Source: Acidimicrobiia bacterium
Lineage (GTDB): Bacteria > Actinomycetota > Acidimicrobiia > Acidimicrobiales > MedAcidi-G1
Reading direction: 5' to 3'
DNA: 64,000 bases
NCBI GenBank assembly: GCA_012961035.1
Contig: DUAC01000093.1
Location: 48,552 to 112,551, forward strand
The stretch's first letter is position 1. The number at the start of each line of letters is the position of its first letter. The translations under genes were made by a program, and so were the position numbers. The notes beneath the pieces are model-generated. The model had not been told where the DNA came from. It did no database searches and worked only from the letters and a program-made list of their open reading frames with translations. Shown here piece by piece: positions 34,130 through 44,757 of the stretch.

Positions 34130-34512
34130 CCGGACACGTTACGCCGACAGGTCAGGTGGACGACCTGTTCGAAGGCCCAGGGGTGCTGGCGGGCGGCCAA
34201 CAGGTCCGGCCCGGAGGTCCCGGGCATCCGGCCACCCGGAGCGCGAATCCCGGCGATATCAGCGTGGAACCGACCACGCCACGCGTGACCTACGAAAAGT
34301 TTCCGAACACGACGCGGATTCTCTTGACATCCGTGTAGTTACATGCGTGCAATTCAAACCCGGGACGTTCGTGCGACCTCCCCGACCAGACCATCGGGAG
34401 ATGGGCCGGACGGTCGAACGTGCTTCACCCGGGTGACCCGTGAGGCCACAGGACGATGGCCGACCGGGTGACGTCGGCGGGAACCAGGGAAACAAGAGGA
34501 CACAGGAAGAAG
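34130..34512 (+). promoter_or_regulatory. Long (383 nt) divergent intergenic region / nrdA leader
   Basis: Unusually long for this compact window. Relatively AT-rich core around 34290-34360 with a TTGACA hexamer at 34324-34329. Downstream palindrome CACCCGGGTG (34426-34435) and hairpin GGCCA/TGGCC (34444-34461). SD AGGAAGAAG lies before ATG 34513. Confidence 0.35.
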
Positions 34513-36924
34513 ATGGCACTCACAGAGGACCGCATCGGCGGAGTTGACACCGAACCGGCTGGCGCCACCCCCATGCGGGTCCGCAAGCGCAACGGCGACC
34601 TGGAACCGGTCGACGTCAACAAGATCGTGAAGGCGGTGGAGCGGTGCGCCCTCAGCCTGCCCGGCGTGGACCCCATGCGTGTCGCCACCCGAACCATCTC
34701 CGGCCTCTGCGATGGTGCCACCACGGAGGAGCTCGACGAGCTCTCGATCCGCACGTCGGCGGCCCTCATCATCGAGGAGCCCAACTACTCCCGGCTGGCC
34801 GCCCGCCTGCTGGCCACCGTCATCGACAAGGAGGTCCGCAACCAGGGCATCCACTCGTTCTCGCAGTCCGTCGGCATGGGACTCGAGCAGGGAATCATCG
34901 GGGCCGAGGTGGCCGAGTTCGTGGCGACCAACGCCCGCAAGCTGGACGACACCATCGAGAGCGACCGGGACCACCTCTTCGAGTTCTTCGGCCTGCGCAC
35001 CGTCTATGACCGCTACCTGCTGCGGCACCCCGAGAACCGCATGGTCACCGAGACCCCCCAGTACTTCTTCCTGCGAGTGGCCTGCGGGCTCTCGACCTGC
35101 CCGGACGAGGCCATCCGCTTCTACCGGCTCATCTCCTCCCTGCAGTACCTGCCCTCCAGCCCGACCCTGTTCAACTCGGGCACCGTCCACCCCCAGATGT
35201 CCAGCTGCTACCTGCTGGACTCCCCGGAGGACAGCCTCGAGGGCATCTACAAGCGCTACACCGACATCGCCAAGCTCTCGAAGTTCGCCGGCGGCATAGG
35301 CGTGGCATGGCACCGCATCCGGTCGAAGGGCTCCCTCATCCGCGGAACCAACGGCCTCTCGAACGGCATCATCCCCTGGCTCAAGACCCTCGACAGCTCG
35401 GTCGCCGCGGTCAACCAGGGCGGTCGCCGCAAGGGAGCGGCCTGCGTCTACCTAGAGACCTGGCACGCCGACATCGACAACTTCCTGGACCTCCGGGAGA
35501 ACACGGGCGACCCGACCCGCCGGACCCACAACCTGAACCTGGCCAACTGGATCCCCGACCTCTTCATGGAACGGGTGGAGAAGGACTGGCAGTGGTCGCT
35601 GTTCGACCCGCACAAGGTGCCGCACCTGACCGACCTGTTCGGCGCCGAGTTCGAGGCCGCCTACCAGAAGGCCGAAGAGGAGGGCATCTACGAGCGCCAG
35701 GTCCCGGCACGGGAGCTCTACAGCCGGATGATGCGGTCCCTGGCCCAGACCGGCAACGGCTGGATGACCTTCAAGGACGCCTCCAACAGGAAGTGCAACC
35801 AGACCGGAACCGAGGGGCGTGTCGTGCACCTCTCCAACCTCTGCACCGAGATCCTGGAGGTCACCGACCAGTCGGAGACCGCCGTCTGCAACCTCGGCTC
35901 GGTGAACCTCAGCTCGCTGGTCGTGGACGGTGCGTTCGACTTCGACCGGTTGGCCGAGGTCGTACGCCTGGCCGTGCCGTTCCTGGACCGCGTGGTCGAC
36001 ATCAACTACTACCCGACCCCGGAGGCCCAGACCTCCAACTCTGCGTGGCGCCCAGTGGGCATGGGGCTGATGGGGCTGCAGGACGTGTTCTTCAAGCTGG
36101 GGATGCCGTTCGACTCGCCCGAGGCCCGCGAGCTCTCCAAGCGGATCTCCGAGGAGATCTACTTCAACGCCCTCTGGTCATCCACCGAGTTGGCGGAGGC
36201 TGCAGGCCCACACCCCAACTTCGGCCTCACCAGGGCGGCCCGTGGCGACCTCCAGTTCGACCTGTGGGGCGTGGAGCCGACGGACACGGCCCGCTGGGAG
36301 ACCCTCCGGGCACGCATCTCGGAGCACGGCCTGCGCAACTCCCTGCTCATCGCCATCGCCCCGACGGCGACCATCGCGTCGATCGCCGGCTGCTGCGAGT
36401 GCATAGAGCCGCAGGTGTCGAACCTCTTCAAGCGCGAGACGCTCTCCGGCGAGTTCATGCAGATCAACCGGTACCTGGTGAGCCAACTCCAGGGCCGTGG
36501 CCTCTGGAACGAGACGATGGCCAACCAGATCAAGTTGTCGGAGGGTTCCATCCAGGAGGTCGATGGGATCCCGGAGGACCTGAAGGGCATCTTCCGCACC
36601 GCATGGGAGGTGCCGATGCGGTCGCTGATCGACATGGCCGCCGAACGGGGCGCCTACATCGACCAGAGCCAGTCCTTGAACCTGTTCATGGAGTCTCCGA
36701 CCATCGGGAAGCTCAGCTCCATGTACCTCCACGCTTGGAAGTCCGGGGTGAAGACCACCTACTACCTGCGTTCCCGACCGGCCACCCGTATCAACAAGAC
36801 GACGACCGGCGGACCGATCGACGGTCCCGGAGGTGGGGAGACGCTGCCTAAGCCGACCTTCACCGACGAGGAGGCCGCCGCATGTTCGCTGGAGAACCCC
36901 GAGTCATGTGAGGCGTGCAACTGA
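34513..36924 (+). CDS. nrdA: Ribonucleoside-diphosphate reductase alpha subunit (class I) with N-terminal ATP-cone
   Basis: ORF 34456..36924, start ATG 34513. ATP-cone-like RVRKRNGDLEPVDVNKIVKAV, catalytic-site NLCTEI, C-terminal Cys pair CSLENPESCEAC. Confidence 0.93.
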   Translation: MALTEDRIGGVDTEPAGATPMRVRKRNGDLEPVDVNKIVKAVERCALSLPGVDPMRVATRTISGLCDGATTEELDELSIRTSAALIIEEPNYSRLAARLLATVIDKEVRNQGIHSFSQSVGMGLEQGIIGAEVAEFVATNARKLDDTIESDRDHLFEFFGLRTVYDRYLLRHPENRMVTETPQYFFLRVACGLSTCPDEAIRFYRLISSLQYLPSSPTLFNSGTVHPQMSSCYLLDSPEDSLEGIYKRYTDIAKLSKFAGGIGVAWHRIRSKGSLIRGTNGLSNGIIPWLKTLDSSVAAVNQGGRRKGAACVYLETWHADIDNFLDLRENTGDPTRRTHNLNLANWIPDLFMERVEKDWQWSLFDPHKVPHLTDLFGAEFEAAYQKAEEEGIYERQVPARELYSRMMRSLAQTGNGWMTFKDASNRKCNQTGTEGRVVHLSNLCTEILEVTDQSETAVCNLGSVNLSSLVVDGAFDFDRLAEVVRLAVPFLDRVVDINYYPTPEAQTSNSAWRPVGMGLMGLQDVFFKLGMPFDSPEARELSKRISEEIYFNALWSSTELAEAAGPHPNFGLTRAARGDLQFDLWGVEPTDTARWETLRARISEHGLRNSLLIAIAPTATIASIAGCCECIEPQVSNLFKRETLSGEFMQINRYLVSQLQGRGLWNETMANQIKLSEGSIQEVDGIPEDLKGIFRTAWEVPMRSLIDMAAERGAYIDQSQSLNLFMESPTIGKLSSMYLHAWKSGVKTTYYLRSRPATRINKTTTGGPIDGPGGGETLPKPTFTDEEAAACSLENPESCEACN

Positions 36925-38000
36925 TGGCCCTGGCAGAAGTCCCGTACGAGGCGTCGTCTGACGCAGCAGCACCCACGCCCGCTCCGACCACGCACCGGGC
37001 CAACATCCTGGATCCGGGCTTCGACCTGACGCTGCGACCGATGCGCTACCCGGTGTTCTACGAGATGTACCTGGATGCCATCAAGAACACCTGGACTGTC
37101 GACGAGATCGACTTCTCCGACGACCTGGTCGACCTGGACCGCAAGCTCCTGCCGGCGGAGAAGCACCTGATCAACCGGCTGGTCGCATTCTTCGCCACCG
37201 GTGACTCGATCGTGTCCAACAACCTGGTGCTGAACCTGTACCAGCACATCAACGCACCCGAAGCACGGATGTACCTGTCGCGCCAACTCTACGAGGAGGC
37301 GCTGCACGTCCAGTTCTACCTGACGCTGCTCGACAACTACATCCCCGACATGAAGGAGCGGGAAGCCGCCTTCGCAGCGATCCACAACATCGATTCGATC
37401 GCCCGTAAGGGTGAGTTCTGCTTCAAGTGGATGCGGTCCGTGAACGGCCTCGACGAACTGCACACCGACGCCGATCGCAGGACCTTCCTCCTGAACCTGA
37501 TCTGCTTCGCCACCTGCATCGAGGGACTGTTCTTCTTCGCCGCCTTCGCCTACGTGTACTTCCTGCGCTCCAAGGGGCTGCTGAACGGCCTGGCCGCCGG
37601 CACCAACTGGGTGTTCCGCGACGAGAGCTGCCACATGAACTTCGCCTTCGAGGTGATCAACACGGTCCGCGCCGAGCAGCCCGAGTTGTTCGACGAGGAA
37701 CTCGGTTCCCAGATCTACGCCATGATGGATGAGGCCATCGAGTGCGAGTACCGGTTCGCCGAGGACCTCCTGGGTCAGGGCGTGCCGGGGATGTCCACCG
37801 CCGACACAAGGCAGTACCTCCAGTTCGTGGCCGACCAGCGGCTCGCACAGCTGGGCCTGGACCGGGTCTACAACGTCAGGAATCCCTTCGGGTTCATGGA
37901 GTTGCAGGACGTCCAGGAGCTGACCAACTTCTTCGAGCGCACCGTCGTCGCCTACCAGACGGGCGTCGAGGGAGCGGTCGCCTTCGACGAGGAGTTCTAG
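36924..38000 (+). CDS. nrdB: Ribonucleoside-diphosphate reductase beta subunit (class I, Asp/Tyr canonical radical site)
   Basis: ORF 36915..38000. ATG 36924 overlaps the nrdA TGA by 1 nt. Metal ligands FFATGDS, EEALHVQFY (E-x2-H-x3-Y) and RDESCHMNF. Confidence 0.93.
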   Translation: MALAEVPYEASSDAAAPTPAPTTHRANILDPGFDLTLRPMRYPVFYEMYLDAIKNTWTVDEIDFSDDLVDLDRKLLPAEKHLINRLVAFFATGDSIVSNNLVLNLYQHINAPEARMYLSRQLYEEALHVQFYLTLLDNYIPDMKEREAAFAAIHNIDSIARKGEFCFKWMRSVNGLDELHTDADRRTFLLNLICFATCIEGLFFFAAFAYVYFLRSKGLLNGLAAGTNWVFRDESCHMNFAFEVINTVRAEQPELFDEELGSQIYAMMDEAIECEYRFAEDLLGQGVPGMSTADTRQYLQFVADQRLAQLGLDRVYNVRNPFGFMELQDVQELTNFFERTVVAYQTGVEGAVAFDEEF

Positions 38001-38044
38001 GCCGGCTCAGGTACCCGGGTTGGTCCGGCCCCGACGGGTCCGGC

Positions 38045-39610
38045 TCAGCCTCCCGACCCGTCGCTACTCCGGCGGCGGAGGGCCACCACGCCGGCGCCCA
38101 GCGCCAGTACGGCCACCGCCCCCAACCCCAGGGCCGCCCCGCCTGTCCCGGAAGCGGGCATGTCGACCTGGCCTGATGCCCGGTCCAACGTGGTCGTCGG
38201 CGGCACGGTCGGTGGAAAGGTGGTGACCGCCGTCTGCGCGGTCGTCCCGGCCGTCATCGCGGTTGCGTCACGCACCACCGTCGTGGCCGGCGAGGCCGTG
38301 GGCTGCACGGTCGTCGTGGAAACGGATGCAACGTCGAGCGGTGGACCGGACCGGAAGGGTCCGGACACCTCGTAGGTGACGCCGACGTGCCGGCCCTCCA
38401 CACCATCACCCCAGTCGATGGCCTCCACCACGTCACGCACCAGGGCCTCGCCCCGGCCACGCAACGAGCTGATGTAGAGGCGGGTTCCGGACGGATCGAA
38501 GCATGGGCCGGTAACGGCCGAGAGCCGGTGGTCGTCGCCCACCATCCGGCAGAACGGGGCCACGAGGCCCTCGATGCCGATCTGTACCAGCTCCATGTCT
38601 CCCCGATCCTCGGCGACGAACAGGTCGCCGGAAGCGGGTGCGACGGTCAGGTCACCGATCCCCACCAACGGCTGGCGGTGGCCGGAGCCGTCCCAGAGGA
38701 TCCAGTGGCGCTGGTTCGCCAGGTCCACAGCGTGGACCCGGTCGTCCAGGGCCGTGGTGAAGAGAAGGGAACCGTCATGTACCCAGACGCCACCCCCCAC
38801 GGGCGTCACGAAGCCGTCGGCTGCCTGCACCCGGGTAGGGGCCACGGTTCCCGACGGGTCGGGTACCGGAATCCACGAGACGCCACCGTCGGGGTCCACG
38901 GCCATCGCCTCAAGTGGCCCATCGGCCAGCGCCGCACCCGATGCCGACTCGTCGAGCATCCTGAAGCGGTAGAGGCGGCCGTCACGGTGGGCCTCTGTCA
39001 TGTAGCAGTGACCACCGAGAGGGTCGACGGCGACGGACCCGTGGGTTCGGACGCCCAGGGCATTGCGCGGCACCGCCGGGCTGTCACCGGTCGGGTCGCA
39101 CTCCCAGATCCTGCCGTCGCCCTGGTGGGCCTCCTGGCACGACAGCCACGTGCCCCACGGTGTGGTGGCGCCGCGGCTGTTGGAATGGCTGCCCTCCAGG
39201 ATCGGGTAGGCGTCCAGGATTGAACCACCGGAGTCGAACCTGACCGCCGAGGCTCCTCCCGCCGACTCCCCGATGGTCTGGAAGTCGAAGACCTCGTGGT
39301 TGCAGGCCAGGATCCAACCGCCGTCCGGTGTGGCAATGGTCCCCTTCCCGTCCGGGAACAGCGGCCACGTGTAGTCCGTGGCGCCGACCCCGGTACCGCC
39401 CACGGCCACGATGCGCGAAGAGAACCCCTCGGGCAGCACCAGGCCGTTCCCGTCGGGTCTGCGGCCCTCCAGGGAGCCATAGGGGCCCGGAGCCGGCGAC
39501 GATGAAGATGCCGGCGCCGCAGATACCGGACCGCCCACCCCCAGGATGGCCGAGGCGACCGCCGTACCACCCAGGGCCAGGCCGTTCCTGAGGACGGCCC
39601 GTCGGTGCAC
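38045..39610 (-). CDS. Tat-signal PhoX/DUF839-like secreted beta-propeller protein with Thr/Pro-rich linker and C-terminal TM anchor
   Basis: 521 aa, GTG start. HRRAVLRNGLALGG twin-Arg signal. GLVLPEGF...PDG...ILACNHE pattern typical of PhoX-like proteins. C-terminus GGAALGLGAVAVLALGAGVVALRRR. Confidence 0.75.
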   Translation of the reverse strand: MHRRAVLRNGLALGGTAVASAILGVGGPVSAAPASSSSPAPGPYGSLEGRRPDGNGLVLPEGFSSRIVAVGGTGVGATDYTWPLFPDGKGTIATPDGGWILACNHEVFDFQTIGESAGGASAVRFDSGGSILDAYPILEGSHSNSRGATTPWGTWLSCQEAHQGDGRIWECDPTGDSPAVPRNALGVRTHGSVAVDPLGGHCYMTEAHRDGRLYRFRMLDESASGAALADGPLEAMAVDPDGGVSWIPVPDPSGTVAPTRVQAADGFVTPVGGGVWVHDGSLLFTTALDDRVHAVDLANQRHWILWDGSGHRQPLVGIGDLTVAPASGDLFVAEDRGDMELVQIGIEGLVAPFCRMVGDDHRLSAVTGPCFDPSGTRLYISSLRGRGEALVRDVVEAIDWGDGVEGRHVGVTYEVSGPFRSGPPLDVASVSTTTVQPTASPATTVVRDATAMTAGTTAQTAVTTFPPTVPPTTTLDRASGQVDMPASGTGGAALGLGAVAVLALGAGVVALRRRSSDGSGG

Positions 39611-39613
39611 CGG

Positions 39614-40585
39614 TCAGCCGCCGAAGGCTTCCAACAGGCGCTCGGCCGCGGCTGAGGGCGTGGTCAGGCCATCCAGCACCTCTGCCTCCGCCACCCCCAG
39701 GAGGCCCAGTACCGCTGGATCGCCACGCAGCGAGTCCAGCAACCGGTCCTCCACCATCGACCACATCCAGGCCAGTCGCTGTCCACGGCGCCTGTCCTCC
39801 CGCTCCCCGGTGGCGGTCATCAGGGACCTGTGGTCGGCAATGCGTCCCCAGAGGTCGTCGAGACCGTCACCTGTCTGACCGGAACATGTCATGACCGGCG
39901 GGGTCCACGTGGGGCTGGTCGGCTGCGTGAGGCGCAGGGCCGCCGAGTAGTCCCTTACCGCCGTGCGTGCCGCTGGAACGTTTCCGCCATCCGCCTTGTT
40001 GACGGCGATCAGGTCGGCCATCTCCAGCACGCCCTTCTTGATGCCCTGCAACTCGTCACCGGCACCGGGCAGCATCAGGACCAGGAAGAAGTCGACCATG
40101 GCGGCCACCACGGTCTCGGACTGGCCTATCCCGATCGTCTCCACCAGCACCACGTCGTGTCCGGCGGCCTCCAGGACCATCATCGTCTCCCTGGTGGACC
40201 GGGTAACGCCGCCGAGGGTCCCAGCGCTGGGAGATGGCCGCACGAAGGCCGAGGAGTCGTTCGAGAGGCGCGGCATGCGGGTCTTGTCCCCGAGGATGCT
40301 CCCTCCCGTAACCGTGCTGGTCGGGTCCACCGCCAGTACGGCCACCCGGTGGCCGGCGGCGGTGAGCATCGACCCGAGGGCCTCGATGAAGGTGCTCTTG
40401 CCCACGCCCGGTACCCCGGTGATGCCCACGCGCTGGGCATCCACGACGTGCGGTGCCAGCTCGTCGAGCAACCGGCGGGCATCGACGCGGTGGTCCGGCC
40501 TCGTGGACTCGACGAGCGTCACCGCCCGCCCGACCGATGCGCGGTCGCCGCTCAGGACCCCGTCGACCAGCTCGTGTGGGGCCAT
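39614..40585 (-). CDS. meaB: Methylmalonyl-CoA mutase-associated GTPase MeaB (ArgK)
   Basis: ORF 39614..40693, start ATG 40585. P-loop GVPGVGKST. Directly downstream of the mutase large subunit. Confidence 0.92.
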   Translation of the reverse strand: MAPHELVDGVLSGDRASVGRAVTLVESTRPDHRVDARRLLDELAPHVVDAQRVGITGVPGVGKSTFIEALGSMLTAAGHRVAVLAVDPTSTVTGGSILGDKTRMPRLSNDSSAFVRPSPSAGTLGGVTRSTRETMMVLEAAGHDVVLVETIGIGQSETVVAAMVDFFLVLMLPGAGDELQGIKKGVLEMADLIAVNKADGGNVPAARTAVRDYSAALRLTQPTSPTWTPPVMTCSGQTGDGLDDLWGRIADHRSLMTATGEREDRRRGQRLAWMWSMVEDRLLDSLRGDPAVLGLLGVAEAEVLDGLTTPSAAAERLLEAFGG

Positions 40586-40598
40586 GCCGTGACGTCGA

Positions 40599-42767
40599 TC
40601 AGGACAGCCGGTCGAGCAACTCGACGGCGGCCTCGGCAATGACGGTTCCAGGCGGGAACACCGCGGCGGCCCCGGCGGCCAGTACCGCAGCATGGTCCTG
40701 CTGTGGGATCACGCCACCCACCACTATGGCGATGTCGGGGCGGCCCTGGGCGGCCAACTCGTCACGCAGCTCAGGGACAAGGGTCAGGTGGCCGGCCGCA
40801 AGGGAGCTCACGCCGACCACGTGGACGTCGTTCTCGACCGCCTGACGGGCCACCTCGCCGGGCGTGGAGAACAGGGGGCCGATGTCCACGTCGAATCCGA
40901 GGTCGGCGAACGCCGTCGCTATGACCTTCTGTCCACGGTCGTGGCCGTCCTGTCCCATCTTGGCCACCAGGATCCGCGGGCGTCGACCGTTGGCCGCCTC
41001 GAAGTCGACCACCCGGGAGCGCGCCGCCCCGAGGGTCTCGCCATCTCCCATCTCGCTGCTGAACACTCCGGAGATCGTACGGACCTCGGCCACGTGGCGC
41101 CCGAACACCTTCTCGAGGGCGTCGCTGATCTCTCCGACCGTGGCCCGGGCGCGTGCTGCGTCTATCGCCAGTGCCAGCAGGTTGCCCTCTCCGGACCCAG
41201 CGCACCGGGTGAGCGCATCCAGGGCCGACGTACAGGCCGCACCGTCCCGTTCGGCTCGCAGCCGTCCCAGCCGGGCCACCTGGTCGGCGCGCACCTGGGC
41301 GTTGTCCACCCTCAGGACCTCGACCTCGTCCTCGCTCCCGGGGCGGTACCGGTTGACGCCGACGACCGACTGGCGGCCGGCATCGATCCTGGCCTGGGTC
41401 CTGGCCGCTGCCTCTTCGATCCGCAGCTTCGGGATGCCGGCCTCGATGGCGCGTGCCATGCCACCCATCTCCTCCACCTCGGCAAGGTGTGCCCTCGCCC
41501 GTGCCACCAGGTCGTGGGTGAGTCGCTCCACATGGAAGCTGCCGCCCCAGGGATCGACCACACGGCACGTGCCGCTCTCCTGCTGGAGGAAGAGCTGCGT
41601 GTTGCGCGCGATCCGGGCCGATGAGTCGGTGGGCAGCGCCAGGGCCTCGTCCAGGGCATTGGTGTGGAGTGACTGGGTATGGCCCTGGGTGGCCGCCATG
41701 GCCTCGACGCAGGTTCGCACCACGTTGTTGTAGACGTCCTGGGCCGTCAGGCTCCAACCCGACGTCTGCGAGTGGGTGCGAAGCGAGGATGACTTCGGGT
41801 CCAGCGGTGAGAACTGCCGCATGAGGTCCGCCCAGAGCAGGCGGGCGGCCCGCAACTTCGCCACCTCCATGAAGAAGTCCATGCCGATGGCCCAGAAGAA
41901 GCTGAGGCGCGGGGCGAACGCATCGATGTCCAGTCCGGCCTCCACACCGGCCCGGACGTACTCCAGACCGTCGGCCAGCGTGTAGGCCAGCTCCAGGTCG
42001 GCGGTCGCCCCCGCCTCCTGCATGTGGTAGCCGGAGATCGAGATGGAGTTGAACCTCGGCATCTCGGCGCTGGTGAAGGTGAAGATGTCCGAGATGATCC
42101 GCATGGACGGCTCGGGCGGGTAGATGTAGGTGTTCCGGACCATGAACTCCTTGAGGATGTCGTTCTGGATGGTCCCGGTGAGCTGCGCCGGAGCCACGCC
42201 CTGCTCCTCGGCCGCCACCACGTAGAGGGCCAGGATCGGCAGCACGGCACCGTTCATGGTCATAGAGACGCTCATGCGGTCCAGTGGGATGCCATCGAAG
42301 AGCATCTTCATGTCCAGGATCGAGTCGATGGACACACCGGCCATGCCGACGTCACCGGAGACCCGCGGATGGTCGCTGTCGTAGCCCCGATGGGTGGCGA
42401 GGTCGAACGCCACGGACAGGGCCTTCTGGCCGGCCGCCAGGTTCCGTCGGTAGAAGGCGTTGCTCTCCTCGGCGGTGGAGTAGCCGGCGTACTGGCGCAC
42501 GGTCCACGGCTGGCTGGCGTACATCGTCGGATACGGCCCCCGCAGGTACGGCGCGGCACCGGGCCAGGTCTCCATGAAGTCCAGATCGACCACGTCCGAT
42601 GCGCTGGACAGCGGCGCCACCACAATGCCCTCGGGCGTCTCGTTGGCAAGGTCCCCGGGCGTGCAACCCACCTCACCGTGAACGCGGTCGGCCCACGCCT
42701 CCCTGTCGTCGGACAGGCCCCGGCCAGAACCCAGCTCGACGGTCGTGAAGTCGGGTATCGATGTCAT
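40599..42767 (-). CDS. mutB: Methylmalonyl-CoA mutase large (alpha) subunit
   Basis: 722 aa. Conserved mutase TIM-barrel sequence ([15 protein letters not shown]) and C-terminal B12-binding DGHDRG motif. Confidence 0.97.
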   Translation of the reverse strand: MTSIPDFTTVELGSGRGLSDDREAWADRVHGEVGCTPGDLANETPEGIVVAPLSSASDVVDLDFMETWPGAAPYLRGPYPTMYASQPWTVRQYAGYSTAEESNAFYRRNLAAGQKALSVAFDLATHRGYDSDHPRVSGDVGMAGVSIDSILDMKMLFDGIPLDRMSVSMTMNGAVLPILALYVVAAEEQGVAPAQLTGTIQNDILKEFMVRNTYIYPPEPSMRIISDIFTFTSAEMPRFNSISISGYHMQEAGATADLELAYTLADGLEYVRAGVEAGLDIDAFAPRLSFFWAIGMDFFMEVAKLRAARLLWADLMRQFSPLDPKSSSLRTHSQTSGWSLTAQDVYNNVVRTCVEAMAATQGHTQSLHTNALDEALALPTDSSARIARNTQLFLQQESGTCRVVDPWGGSFHVERLTHDLVARARAHLAEVEEMGGMARAIEAGIPKLRIEEAAARTQARIDAGRQSVVGVNRYRPGSEDEVEVLRVDNAQVRADQVARLGRLRAERDGAACTSALDALTRCAGSGEGNLLALAIDAARARATVGEISDALEKVFGRHVAEVRTISGVFSSEMGDGETLGAARSRVVDFEAANGRRPRILVAKMGQDGHDRGQKVIATAFADLGFDVDIGPLFSTPGEVARQAVENDVHVVGVSSLAAGHLTLVPELRDELAAQGRPDIAIVVGGVIPQQDHAAVLAAGAAAVFPPGTVIAEAAVELLDRLS

Positions 42768-44617
42768 CGCGACACCCCCAGGTCGTCCAGAGCCCGGGAC
42801 AGGACGTCGACCAGGTCGACCCCGACGTGGATGAACTCGTCCACGCCGGAGGCACGCAGGTCGTCCTCGTCGTCTCCGGGTCGGCCGGCCAGGTAGACCC
42901 GCTTCACGCCGGCCGCCTTCAGTCCTCCCGCAGCGGTGGCGGCCTCGGTGGAGTAGCGCTCGTCGGAACCGCAGAGAACCGCGATGACGGCACCGCCGGT
43001 ACCGGGTCCCTGCTCTCCCTCAGGGTCGCCTGACTCCACGGCCCGGATGCCAGCCACGCCGAAGAGGTTCCGGGCGAAGGTGGACCGTGCCGTGTGCTCC
43101 GCTGCGGGCCCGAGGGTGACGAGCAGGACGGTCGGTACGGGGTTGCAGGCAACCACGGCGTCACGCAGGGCCTCGAACGGTTCCGACCTGCGACGCAGCG
43201 GCAGTGGGCCACTCGGCGACGCCGGGGACGGCTGCCTCTCCAGCAGGACCTCCTCGACATTCGGGAACTCGGAGACCCCGGTTACCGACTCGCTGAGGTC
43301 TGCGAGGCGACCGGCACGCTCCCTCCAGCACGCCTCGGCCTCTTCGGCCAGTCGACCGGATGCCAGAGAGGCGGCCATCCCGCCGTCCGCCTCGGTCTCC
43401 CGGAACCGCTCCCAGGCCTCCACGGCCAACCGTTCCGTGAGGTCCTCCACGTACCAGGAGCCTCCCGCCGGGTCGATCACCCTGGCCAGCCCGCTCTCCT
43501 CCAGGAGCACGAGCTGCAGGTTCCGCGCCGTGCGTCGCCCGAACTCGTCGGGTCGCCCCAGGGCGCTGTCGAACGGCCGGACCGTCACCGAGTCGGCACC
43601 CCCGGTTCCGGCTGCGAACACCGCCACCGTTGACCTCAGCATGTTCATCCACGGATCCCATCGGGTCAGCATGACGGCCGAGGTGAGCGCGTGCTGGCGG
43701 GGCGCCCGGTCCCCCGGGTCGGCCCCGGAGGCCTCGGCCACGCGGGCCCAGAGGCGTCGACCGGCCCGGAACCGGGCCATCGTCAGGAACTGGTCGGCGT
43801 CGGCCGTGAGCGTGAATGCCAACGAGCGGAGTGCCCCGGACAGCGACAGGCCGTGGTCGGTGAGGGCCCGCAGGTACGCCACACCGGTAGCCAGGCCGGC
43901 GGCCAGTTCCCGGGCGTCGCTGGTTCCGGCATCCGCGTAGGGGGTCGTGTCGACTGTGACCGGCCTGACACCCGGGAGGCCACGCGCCCGGTCGACGACG
44001 GCCAGGGAGGCCGCATCCAGACAAGCGGCGGCCGGGGTAGTTGGCCCGCCGTGGCGTGCATGCACGCCCAGCGGATCGAGGCCCAGGTCACCGCGCCTGT
44101 CGCCCTCCGGCACGCAGCGTCCCTCCCAGAGGTCGAGCAGCCATCCGGCCACCTCCACCGAGCGGGGCCCGGGCACGAGGGCCACGGTCGTCATCTCGAG
44201 GTGGACGCCGTGCAGCACGCCGTCCAGGTCACGCAGCGATTCGATGCCGATGGCCATCGGATCCAGCAGCACCGAGGTGGAGCCCCGCAGCAGCTCGTCC
44301 AGGACCACGGCGTTGGAGGCGGCGATCCCCTCCTCGAGCACGAGAGCCCGCACGTCCCAGCCGTCGACCACATTGCCCGACGACCTACGCCCACGGGTGA
44401 AGGTTCCGGCGCCCGGCAGGCCGGCCGGATCACCGGCCGTGGAGGACCGGTCGGGTCCGTAGAGCACCGGGATACGGATCCCGTCCGCTGTCGTGGTGGC
44501 CAGCGAGTCCACGGTGCGTCCCCTCAGGCCGGCCTCGGCCAGCGCCAGCCAGGCCTCGCGGTCTACCGCCTCGAAGTCGGCAGCGGACACCTCGGGATCG
44601 ACGCTCTCGCTGGCCAT
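42764..44617 (-). CDS. mutA: Methylmalonyl-CoA mutase small (beta) subunit
   Basis: ORF 42764..44710, start ATG 44617 ([10 protein letters not shown]...). Mutase-like fold sequence without the DxHxxG B12 motif. ATGA overlap with the mutB start. Confidence 0.88.
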   Translation of the reverse strand: MASESVDPEVSAADFEAVDREAWLALAEAGLRGRTVDSLATTTADGIRIPVLYGPDRSSTAGDPAGLPGAGTFTRGRRSSGNVVDGWDVRALVLEEGIAASNAVVLDELLRGSTSVLLDPMAIGIESLRDLDGVLHGVHLEMTTVALVPGPRSVEVAGWLLDLWEGRCVPEGDRRGDLGLDPLGVHARHGGPTTPAAACLDAASLAVVDRARGLPGVRPVTVDTTPYADAGTSDARELAAGLATGVAYLRALTDHGLSLSGALRSLAFTLTADADQFLTMARFRAGRRLWARVAEASGADPGDRAPRQHALTSAVMLTRWDPWMNMLRSTVAVFAAGTGGADSVTVRPFDSALGRPDEFGRRTARNLQLVLLEESGLARVIDPAGGSWYVEDLTERLAVEAWERFRETEADGGMAASLASGRLAEEAEACWRERAGRLADLSESVTGVSEFPNVEEVLLERQPSPASPSGPLPLRRRSEPFEALRDAVVACNPVPTVLLVTLGPAAEHTARSTFARNLFGVAGIRAVESGDPEGEQGPGTGGAVIAVLCGSDERYSTEAATAAGGLKAAGVKRVYLAGRPGDDEDDLRASGVDEFIHVGVDLVDVLSRALDDLGVSR

Positions 44618-44757
44618 GGACCGATGGTAGGTGACGCCCCCCCACCGCCCTGAAGCCATGTGACCGGTGACCCCGGGTCCGGCCTTGCCCACCGACCGAC
44701 CCTTCCACAAGTCTTCCGGATGTCAGAGGCCCACATTCCCCACCATCTGGAGTCGAG

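Noticed and set aside
34180-34300. Cobalamin riboswitch or NrdR boxes in the nrdA leader.
   Set aside because: Only fragments resemble riboswitch elements. The best B12-box-like string (GGTCAGGTGGACGACCTG, 34150-34167) lies 5' of them, which is the wrong order. There is no GGGAA core. The near-palindrome GTGTAGTTACAT does not fit the 16-bp NrdR consensus. Left as an open question in the findings rather than called.
36924-38000. Class Ic (Mn/Fe, radical-less) R2, because the sequence resembles the Chlamydia-type R2 family as I recall it.
   Set aside because: The first metal ligand is Asp (FFATGDS, not Glu). The radical position is Tyr (EEALHVQFY: E, H at +3, Y at +7). These are the canonical class Ia-type residues.
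38045-38180. Canonical sortase (LPXTG or LAXTG) sorting signal at the C-terminus of the PhoX-like protein.
   Set aside because: No LPXTG or LAXTG is present; the nearest string is MPASGTGG. Only the TM helix plus basic tail architecture is present, so I report it as an unusual anchor rather than a sortase substrate.
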